Source of the DNA: a virus
Length of the DNA: 64,000 nt
Virus record (IMG/VR): IMGVR_UViG_3300028920_000032
Coordinates: 94,330 to 158,329 of that record
Reading direction: 5' to 3' (one strand)
How positions within the stretch are numbered: position 1 is the first letter of the stretch; every line of letters begins with the position of its first letter. This document shows positions 55,828 to 64,000 of the stretch, one piece after another. The translations under genes and the position numbers were made by a program. The notes beneath the pieces are model-generated. The model searched no databases. It was not told the DNA's origin and worked only from the letters and a program-made list of their open reading frames with translations.

Positions 55828-58800
55828 TTATCTCCCCTTGTATTTCTAAAGATCCATTTTTATAGAACACTCTAGATGAATATTCAATATCTCGTCTTGT
55901 AGAATTCCACGAATTTACTGGTGTTATAAAACCAACAACACGTGTATATTGTTGAACTATATTAGCTCCACAAATAGAACATTGGTCTTTTTTTCCAATC
56001 ACAAAATGTCTAGCTTTACATTCTGAATAAGCGTAATTAATTGCAAAATAAACTACATTCAAAGATTTTGCTGATATTATCAATCTTTTAAATTGCTCTG
56101 CACTTATTGGTTTCTCATCATCTACATTAATGTGTAAAATTGCTCCACCAGAAGTTAAACTATCAAATTTACCCTGAATTACAAATCTATCATATATTGA
56201 AACATTTTCTATTAAAGGTATATATTGATTAGAATAAAGCTCAAACTTTCTCTCTCGATCTAAGTAAGGTACATCAATTTCTTCATCAATATGATTTCTA
56301 GCTTTTAAGTTATAACCCAATATTTGATCTAAATCAGCTAGTCTTACAGCCATTGATTCACCAGGTATTTGTTCAATATTATATATATTTTTTTCTTCTT
56401 TTTCTTCTTCTTGCCACATTACAATTTTATTTTCAATTTTTTGCAGTACATTAAGTAAAACTTTTTGACCTTTATTAGTTTTTATATCTAAACCACGATT
56501 TTTTATATACTCATAACCACCAATAAATCCTATCGTAGAATATTGTCTAGATAAACGGATCCAATCTGTAGTATATAAAGGGAGAAATCCTCCTTCAATT
56601 CTATCTGTAATCAACCTACGATGGCTATATAAAATTTTATGTAATATTTCTAAATCTTTTTCTATTATATCAGAATCATCTCTTTCAAGTATAGCAAGTC
56701 TTGGTAAATTAAGTCCAGCAACGCGATGAGATCCTATAGATAACCCTCCTACTCCAAAAGAATTATGATATCCCGCATCGGCAACTTTTGAAAAGTCATT
56801 TTTAAGTCGACAACAACTTGAAAAAGAAGTTGGTTTATCTTGAAATATATTAGCCAAAGCTTTTTTGCTATTTATCTCAGCAGCCCAATCAACAAATTCA
56901 GGATCAATATAATTTCTATCTTTGTCAACAGATATTGCTATAGTCATTATAGGGAACGTAAACATCCCTTCTACAGAATTGATATCAGTATAATATTCAA
57001 AAAACAATTTACTTAAATTAAGTACACTATCAATATTTGGTCTAGTGAAATCTGGATATATATAGTCACCGAATAAAGATTTCATAAAACCACTATCCAT
57101 TACAGAAATATTAGTAAAAGCACTCTGTGAACCTCTAAATGGAAAATTCATTGAATATATAAAATTTTGAAATTGGTTTTTGATTCTTTCCCACACTTTA
57201 TATTCTTCACTATCTTTATTGTTTTTACCAATTCTCATAATAGTTGAATAATCTTCGCTAAACTCTTTTCTATAATACCAATCTAAAACTACGAAAAAAT
57301 CAGGATAAGAAGCAGCACCCATTATTTGATTTGAAATATAAGCAGTAGTTTGTATTATTAAAGCTATAAAAGAATCAGATCTTTTTGGTGCACTAATATT
57401 CATATTACCACTAAAGAAATCCATACCTTTTGTTATTAAATTTCTTAGATCAAAAGCATAGCAATTATGTTGAATCATACCACCAGAATAAAATGTATTT
57501 GTTTCAGTTGTAATATCATACACATATTCTAATACATTATTTCCATAATTATTTATTTTGCTCTTAGAATCAATTTTAAAAATTTTACATACTTTATTTG
57601 ATCTTAAAATAGACGCCATTTTTGTTTTTATGTTAAAGTTAGTAATCTTATGCTTAACTTTCTCTGAATAGTTAGCAAAATCAATAGTTGGATTAAAACT
57701 TATGCCAAATAAGAAGTTAAAATTTTTATTATTACAAAGCCTTTTATGTGATTCAATTCCTATTGAAGTTAATACTTCACTAAGCTGTGTAATTAGAGCA
57801 TATGCTTTCATTCTTATGTCAACTATCCTACTATGATTTGTTGTCCCATCACTATCAATAAGACCGGAGATTAAAGCCACCTTGCTTTCTTTTTTCCAAT
57901 TTAATATATTACTTGGCAATTTCTTTAAAAATGAGTTATCTATTTCATTTAAATCAAAATATTCTTTAAGTAAAAGATTTAATTTTAGCGAAGAAAAATA
58001 TAACATATCTCTATTTCTTCTTATATTAAAACGTAGCTTAGGGAAAAACTTTTTAAGTTTGCAAAATATTTTTGTTTCTTCAATATTTTTTTGATATATA
58101 GATATTTTGTTTGATTGTCTTGAAATATTAATACATGTATCATCTTTTTCAAATTTGCTATTATAAAATTTATGTCTTGATATACTACCATCACCAAGTA
58201 AAAAACCTACTATATAAGCTAAATCTTCTGGTACATTAATACTTTCTTTAAATTTAAAATTGAGTTTTTCCTCTTTTATCCTATCTCCAATATTTAAGTT
58301 ATGAGCAACAATTTGTGTACCATTTTCTGATATTATAGGATGATTATCTGTAACTAAACTAAAGTTTCCATTCTCTGTTTGATAAAAAATTAAACCCCTA
58401 TCATTTTTGTGTCTTAAAACAGCTGTTAATGAGACCCATTGCATGTTTTGATCTAAAATTTTTATATTTTGTTTTTCTTCCACATTTTGCAAAAATACAT
58501 CTTGTTTAAACGTCTTAAGTTTTCTACCATTTAGCTTAAACCCCACTTGATTTAAACTAACATCTTTGTATATATTAGTTAAATCTATAGTTTCTCTATC
58601 ATTTAATATTTCCTTATGCTCTGAAAATAAATTGAATAACTGTTTCATTGTTAAATATTTTATTTTACCATTAATCTTGACAATAATTGGTGTCTCTTGA
58701 TAGTATGAGTAAGGCATTGAAAAATTTGTTAGATCGTTTATAAATATTTCCCCACTGATAACTTTCTCTAACACTTCTTGTGCATCTTCCAATGAAAATA

Positions 58801-59104
58801 TTTTTTTTACATACTTATAAAGTAAATAAAGTGAGTTTAATTTCATTAGCGCTTTATTATTTTCATAATTATATTGTGAAATATTTTTTTCTTTAACATT
58901 AGCATTACTGTCAACACTAAGATCAGCAACATTACTACTTTTTTCAAAAAAATTTCTAGAAAATTGTACAAGATCCATATGTCTATTCGCAATTCCTTGA
59001 ATTTCAAATACACTCTCACCGTATTTTTTATATAACTCAGTCATAAAATCTACAAAATCATTCGGATAACTTTGTTTAATATACCAACCTTTAGAACGCT
59101 CCAT
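55802..59104 (-). CDS. nrdD: Class III ribonucleotide reductase with intein
   Basis: FTFP, SCCRL, EQIPGES, SGGAI.H, TRVVGF glycyl-radical motif. Confidence 0.93.
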   Translation of the reverse strand: MERSKGWYIKQSYPNDFVDFMTELYKKYGESVFEIQGIANRHMDLVQFSRNFFEKSSNVADLSVDSNANVKEKNISQYNYENNKALMKLNSLYLLYKYVKKIFSLEDAQEVLEKVISGEIFINDLTNFSMPYSYYQETPIIVKINGKIKYLTMKQLFNLFSEHKEILNDRETIDLTNIYKDVSLNQVGFKLNGRKLKTFKQDVFLQNVEEKQNIKILDQNMQWVSLTAVLRHKNDRGLIFYQTENGNFSLVTDNHPIISENGTQIVAHNLNIGDRIKEEKLNFKFKESINVPEDLAYIVGFLLGDGSISRHKFYNSKFEKDDTCINISRQSNKISIYQKNIEETKIFCKLKKFFPKLRFNIRRNRDMLYFSSLKLNLLLKEYFDLNEIDNSFLKKLPSNILNWKKESKVALISGLIDSDGTTNHSRIVDIRMKAYALITQLSEVLTSIGIESHKRLCNNKNFNFLFGISFNPTIDFANYSEKVKHKITNFNIKTKMASILRSNKVCKIFKIDSKSKINNYGNNVLEYVYDITTETNTFYSGGMIQHNCYAFDLRNLITKGMDFFSGNMNISAPKRSDSFIALIIQTTAYISNQIMGAASYPDFFVVLDWYYRKEFSEDYSTIMRIGKNNKDSEEYKVWERIKNQFQNFIYSMNFPFRGSQSAFTNISVMDSGFMKSLFGDYIYPDFTRPNIDSVLNLSKLFFEYYTDINSVEGMFTFPIMTIAISVDKDRNYIDPEFVDWAAEINSKKALANIFQDKPTSFSSCCRLKNDFSKVADAGYHNSFGVGGLSIGSHRVAGLNLPRLAILERDDSDIIEKDLEILHKILYSHRRLITDRIEGGFLPLYTTDWIRLSRQYSTIGFIGGYEYIKNRGLDIKTNKGQKVLLNVLQKIENKIVMWQEEEKEEKNIYNIEQIPGESMAVRLADLDQILGYNLKARNHIDEEIDVPYLDRERKFELYSNQYIPLIENVSIYDRFVIQGKFDSLTSGGAILHINVDDEKPISAEQFKRLIISAKSLNVVYFAINYAYSECKARHFVIGKKDQCSICGANIVQQYTRVVGFITPVNSWNSTRRDIEYSSRVFYKNGSLEIQGEINGTDSISH
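57464..58708 (-). mobile_element. 415-aa LAGLIDADG intein in NrdD, Ser1 type
   Basis: MPY|SYYQETP...VYDITT...IQHN|CYAFD; LAYIVGFLLGDG and ISGLIDSDG motifs. Confidence 0.9.
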
Positions 59105-59902
59105 TTAAGAGTCCTCCATTTTATTATGTACTTTTAAGATAAGAAAAGATATTTTTATTACACTATAAAGGGATTGTGCCATTACATATAATTATGTGTA
59201 TAGTACAATCCCTTCATTACCTCTTTATCTTTCTTTTCAAAATAATAATTTCAAGTCGGTTGATAGAGAAAATTGTTTTTTTTAAGATGTGTCAAAATGA
59301 GAGATTACATTTTCGGTTCTTCTAAAGTGAGAATTCCAGGCCCAAATATAGTTATTTTTTTTGGAGATTGACCATCTGAATTATTTATATAAAATATTTT
59401 CTTTTCTTGTGTTATTGAATAAGCTTGAATAGATGGTGCTTCTACTTTCCATATCTCTTCACCAGTCGTTGAGAAAAATCTTAATATGTGCATTTTATTT
59501 TTCCTTTCTTACTTTAAATAATCGTTGCCAAAAAAATGTTGTAAGAGCTATTATAGCACTTAAGCTTACAAATATTAAAGTAAACAATTCATTTGTTATT
59601 TTTAATATATAAATTATACTAGCAACATAAACAGTACTTGATGCTACTATTCCAAAACTGAGTAAAAAACATTTAAAAAAAATTTTCATTTTCTTCATAA
59701 AATTCTTTCATCCTTTCTCTATGTTTCTTCGATGATTTTTTTATAGAATTTAATTATCTCAATAAATGTTTCAAGTTCCATTACTTCAATCAAACTATCA
59801 AAGCACATATTCAATTGACAAAAGTTGTTTAAACACCAATTGAACAAAGCATTATTCTTTGAATGTATTATATAATGCTATTTTTAGTTTTTTCCAATTC
59901 AT

Positions 59903-61222
59903 TTAACAATCTCTCTTTCCACTATAGACATGTTTAACAGTTGGGAATCTAAGCGATATAGTTCCTTGCTTGTTAGTTGTTTCTTCAAAATAACATACTG
60001 TAACTGTTTTTCCTACAATCTTTGATGGATTTTTATAACATTCTTGACGAAAGTCCATTGAAAAACCGCTTCCTACTGAAACTTCATAACCTTTATGTTT
60101 GATAGTTATTGCTGATAGCATTTCTTCTTCAACTTCTACTCCATCTTTAATAAACCTTATTGATCCCATTGTGGCATCTATCACTTTATATTCAGCATCT
60201 ATGAATTTCTTTACTTTAAGCATATCTTTCGTTCTCTTACCTTCATATATAACATCTTTTCTTATAATTAAACCTTCCCAACCTCCTTCTGCCGCTTCTT
60301 CTTGTAAATTAGTAAAATGACTCATATCTTTAATTAAAGTAAATTTAACAGGATCCAAAATCTTGCCATCAAATTCTTTTCGTAATTTATATTCTTCAAG
60401 AATTTTAATCCTTTTACTTAATGTTCTAGAGGTTGTATCCCCATTAAAATCACTATATTTAATAATATCAAAAATCTTATATTTTGGGTTGTCCACTGTA
60501 AAATCTTTTCGACGAATAAGTTTAATCATTGCAGTAAAATTTTCATCTCCATTTTTGTCTACAATGCACATTTCCCCATCTAAAACTATACCATCGACTT
60601 GATTGGCAATTTTCATAAGTTGTTTACATTTAAGAATAGCTTCTTTAACTTTTGCTAGTGTCAAAAATTCTTTTCCTTTTCTAGAATAGAAATGTATCTC
60701 ATTATCTTTAATAATAGAAATAACTCTAACTCCATCAAGCTTACGACTAGAATACCAACTTTCTTTATCAAATTTAATTTTGCCTTCATAATCAGAATAT
60801 TTGTGAGCAAGAGCTACTTCAAAACTTGGTACTAAATTTTTAAAAACTTTATTTATAAGTTTAGCATCAGCTCTAGTTTTAAGGTTTCTATCTAAAATGA
60901 GATATATAATTTCTTTATGTTCAGGGTGTAGTTTAATAAACCCTTTAACAAAAGCAATTGCCGCATGGCCTGTAATTTCTCTCTTGTCTAATTTATCAAG
61001 TACTTGATAAATTGTAGTTAGCGAATCAATATCTGTTGGAACTATAAAATTGCTTTTCTTGATATTTGCAGATGATATATTATAAACTTTAAATGGATTA
61101 TAAGTCCATTTTAGTATTTCTTTACATTCTGGATGTTTGGCTAAAATTTCTTTTTTGTCATTTGAACTATTAGTAGTATTTAATTCTTTAATTAAAACTT
61201 CTAGTTGTTTTAGCTCCTTCAT
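59903..61222 (-). CDS. ATP-dependent DNA ligase
   Basis: KLDGVR, LDGE, FD, EGLIIR, KR...LKVK, VGSGFS, LRFP. Confidence 0.95.
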   Translation of the reverse strand: MKELKQLEVLIKELNTTNSSNDKKEILAKHPECKEILKWTYNPFKVYNISSANIKKSNFIVPTDIDSLTTIYQVLDKLDKREITGHAAIAFVKGFIKLHPEHKEIIYLILDRNLKTRADAKLINKVFKNLVPSFEVALAHKYSDYEGKIKFDKESWYSSRKLDGVRVISIIKDNEIHFYSRKGKEFLTLAKVKEAILKCKQLMKIANQVDGIVLDGEMCIVDKNGDENFTAMIKLIRRKDFTVDNPKYKIFDIIKYSDFNGDTTSRTLSKRIKILEEYKLRKEFDGKILDPVKFTLIKDMSHFTNLQEEAAEGGWEGLIIRKDVIYEGKRTKDMLKVKKFIDAEYKVIDATMGSIRFIKDGVEVEEEMLSAITIKHKGYEVSVGSGFSMDFRQECYKNPSKIVGKTVTVCYFEETTNKQGTISLRFPTVKHVYSGKRDC

Positions 61223-61871
61223 ATCTCCTCCTTATACCTAATTATAGCTCAGGGTCGAAACTTTATTAAATTAATCTATCAATCGTTGATAAATTGAATC
61301 ATTCTTATTGTATTTAAAAATGATAATAAAAATGATATTGTTGATAATATAATTTTAATAGAAAGATATGGTACAAAAAATAAAGTTAAAATTCCAGATG
61401 TTATTAAAACAACAACATATAAAGCTTGTAAAAATACTTTAACCCAAAACAAAAAGCCATAATCATCCTCATCCCATTGAAAAATTTGATATATAAATTC
61501 ATATATTATATTCATAGTACCTCCTCCTTATACCTAATTATATCTCAGTGTCGAAGCTTTAAACAAAGAGTGATAATGCAACAATTATTACTGTATTAAT
61601 TATTAATGTCTTTAAAATTATGGTATACCATATTAATCACTCCATTTCCATGATTCAAGATTAGCAAGCTTTGTTGGAATTCCAAAAGTTTTTAATTTTT
61701 CTCTAATACCAATTCTTAATTGATCAGATACATTACTATAATCATCATCAGAAAAATATTTCTCAATAAAATAATATAAACGATTAATTTGATCAGAAGT
61801 TAAATTAATATAATGTTTATATTCCAATCTCATTGAAATCATATTAACTATATATTTAGCATGTGGTTTCT

Positions 61872-62657
61872 TCATAATATAATTCCTAAATTATTTAATT
61901 TAATATAAAAATATACTTGTGAAATATTTGCTTTTATATTATTTTCATAAGCAAATCTATCATATACACTATATTCTATTCCAAACTTAGTATACTGGTT
62001 TAAATTATATTCTACAGTTGAAATACGATTTATTAAATTAAATAAAGATTGGTATTGCAGTTCTAATATAATATTAATATATTTACTAATATGTTTTAAG
62101 TTAATTGATGCTAAAAAATATTGTTTAGTTGTTGGAAATTCCTGATTGATAATAAAACATGAATTATAAAAATACTCGAATTGTAAACCTATCTTCAGAT
62201 TTTTATCTACTTGAAAAAAGTTCTCTATTACTATTGAATTATTACTTCCTTCAAAATATATCATTAAATCTTCTATATATGTTGTATTAGTATATGATTC
62301 TGCAATAACATAATTATAACATACTATAGGATGAATACACACATGCTTATAATATATAAATAAATCTATTAATGATGTTGAAAATTTTATACCTAATGAT
62401 AAAGGGAAAAACATATTTTTTGGATTATAATGAAATATTTCTCTCTGGTTAAAAAAACAGCCTATTCCTCCAGAAATATATAAACAATATAAATCATACT
62501 CAAAAGAAAAAGTAGACAACAACTGTTGTTCATTTGCGATATAATTATAATTTTTTAATTGATTAGCTAGGTAACCAAGCTGAAAATCAAAATTTATATC
62601 AGCAATACATAAAGTAGTAATAGTAATAAATATCAATAAAATTATTGTCTTCTTCAT
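61872..62657 (-). CDS. Secreted or outer-membrane beta-rich hypothetical protein
   Basis: Signal peptide, alternating aromatic beta-strand pattern. Confidence 0.5.
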   Translation of the reverse strand: MKKTIILLIFITITTLCIADINFDFQLGYLANQLKNYNYIANEQQLLSTFSFEYDLYCLYISGGIGCFFNQREIFHYNPKNMFFPLSLGIKFSTSLIDLFIYYKHVCIHPIVCYNYVIAESYTNTTYIEDLMIYFEGSNNSIVIENFFQVDKNLKIGLQFEYFYNSCFIINQEFPTTKQYFLASINLKHISKYINIILELQYQSLFNLINRISTVEYNLNQYTKFGIEYSVYDRFAYENNIKANISQVYFYIKLNNLGIIL

Positions 62658-62733
62658 TCTTCCCCCTTTAAAGTGCTTATAAGCATTAATAATCTTATAT
62701 AGTGTTATTTATATATGTTATTTATAGGCGGTA

Positions 62734-62790
62734 AATTTTCGGGTACCCTACCCGAATTTTGCGGGTACCCTACCCGAATTTTGCGGGTAC
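62734..62790. repeat. 22-bp GC-rich tandem repeat, ~2.5 copies, each with a palindromic core
   Basis: CGGGTACCCTACCCGAATTTTG units. Confidence 0.85.
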
Positions 62791-62799
62791 GCGGATCTC

Positions 62800-63315
62800 T
62801 TAAGCTACATATTTCTTTGAACGGATGTTAACATACATTGCTCCAGATATTTTCTCGTATGCATAACGTGCTTGACCAGCTGTTAGTTTACTTGAAAAAT
62901 ACTCTGTTCTATAATTACCAGGACAACTACATTCCCAACAACCATCTTCTGGCTGGTTTAGTGGTTTACGATCAGCAGGATCAATTGGAATTTTTGGTGC
63001 TGTTGATGTTTGATAAGTTACTGGGATAAGTCCAGGTGTGTTTACTACTGGTGCACTATAAATAGGTACGTTTGGTTGGCTCGGTGGAACTTCTAAATGG
63101 TAAGTTCTATAAGAACCATTAAAATCCCAATAAGTACCTTCTTCATCTCCGATGTCACGAACTAGTGGACCTATCTCTTGCTGAGTAGCCCAAAATCCAC
63201 GATTTCTTAATTCTTCTTTAACTTCGAGCGAAGTAGTAGTTTCATTCTCTTCAAGTAATTCAAGAAATACTTCTTTTACCTCATCTCTTGTTGCTGTAGG
63301 TTTTCTTTGGCTCAT
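62800..63315 (-). CDS. Hypothetical phage protein
   Basis: TTSLEVKEELR..G.WATQ motif; AAGGAGG RBS. Confidence 0.6.
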   Translation of the reverse strand: MSQRKPTATRDEVKEVFLELLEENETTTSLEVKEELRNRGFWATQQEIGPLVRDIGDEEGTYWDFNGSYRTYHLEVPPSQPNVPIYSAPVVNTPGLIPVTYQTSTAPKIPIDPADRKPLNQPEDGCWECSCPGNYRTEYFSSKLTAGQARYAYEKISGAMYVNIRSKKYVA

Positions 63316-63385
63316 AGTTTCCTCCTTATGCCTTATTCTATCACTAGGAGTGATATTGAATATATATTATTATAAAGTCGAAACT

Positions 63386-63601
63386 TTATAATTCTTTTGA
63401 TCTCCATAATTCAATTAAAGCTCTAAGTGTTTTATAAATATCTTCATAAGCTTTTTCATGTGTCATAAGTACCCAACTTGGTAATTGATCATTTAACACA
63501 GCTTTAAGCTGATATTGTTGTATTCTTGTTAGTCTTATATTATTAGCACACAATTCTTTAGCAATTGATTTAGCCATTTTGAAAACAGTTTTTTTATCCA
63601 T
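63386..63601 (-). CDS. Hypothetical protein
   Basis: ORF. Confidence 0.5.
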   Translation of the reverse strand: MDKKTVFKMAKSIAKELCANNIRLTRIQQYQLKAVLNDQLPSWVLMTHEKAYEDIYKTLRALIELWRSKEL

Positions 63602-63821
63602 TAAAATCTTTCATAATATAGCTTTCGCATGCTACTCCAGGTTTCAACATTTTATTAGATTGCAATTCATCCTTGTAATGATATGGTTTTATAGAATATG
63701 ATCCATAGCCTTCTAAATCTCTAGGTTGGCATCTAGAAATACCATTTTTATAAGTTACCCACCATCTACAAGACTCACAAAGAACATCTTTAAGTAATGC
63801 TTTAGTTAATTCTTTGTTCAT
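63594..63821 (-). CDS. TKxLL-CxxC family protein
   Basis: TKALLKDVLCESC...C...ACESY. Confidence 0.6.
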   Translation of the reverse strand: MNKELTKALLKDVLCESCRWWVTYKNGISRCQPRDLEGYGSYSIKPYHYKDELQSNKMLKPGVACESYIMKDFNG

Positions 63822-64000
63822 AAAATTTCCTTTCTATTCATACGCTCTTTAGTAGCAAAATATTCTCTTAAACAGTTTCCGCAATTCTTACATGAAATAG
63901 TACCAGTATAATTGGCTCCACATGAATAAACTAATTTATTATTTTTATACATGTCCATAATTCTTTTCCAAGCTTCTGGTCTTATGCACCAATATGAATT

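Noticed and set aside
59168-59214. Riboswitch upstream of nrdD
   Set aside because: Only one long hairpin (AAGGGATTGT/ACAATCCCTT); no cobalamin or other aptamer consensus recognised
62734-62790. Possible CRISPR array
   Set aside because: Units are contiguous with no spacers; no cas operon, and the PD-(D/E)xK nuclease at 26698 is a solitary phage-type gene
616-63029. Numerous short + strand ORFs in the track (for example 616, 949, 2361, 5912, 9182, 13700, 31563, 60099)
   Set aside because: Antisense shadows of well-supported minus-strand genes; no RBS or recognisable motifs

Overview
AT-rich, gene-dense, almost entirely minus-strand segment of a large (jumbo-type) tailed-phage genome, read in standard code 11. 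Proteins: two MoxR-AAA/vWA/zincin modules, peptide deformylase, Ro60 (TROVE), M23 peptidases, lipase, DHH and metallophosphoesterases, bS21 (absent from the ORF track, AUU start), a GGQ release-factor-like protein, Pth2, a YafQ-like toxin with a candidate antitoxin, thermonuclease, GGDEF-EAL, ThyX, two HNH proteins, NrdG, intein-containing NrdD and an ATP-dependent DNA ligase. The non-coding content is the most striking part. By eye I find 31 intact-looking tRNAs plus 3 broken or odd ones and four Y RNA-like genes sharing one stem motif (one a full YrlA-type tRNA mimic). I also find a ~233-nt RNase P RNA reduced to its catalytic domain, a second diverged RNase P-like RNA beside ro60, a 124-nt miniature tmRNA with a short tag ORF, and several unassigned structured RNAs. 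Together these suggest a phage-encoded, miniaturised tRNA-maturation, ribosome-rescue and RNA-surveillance system. All RNA calls were made by manual base-pair inspection, not by covariance-model search.
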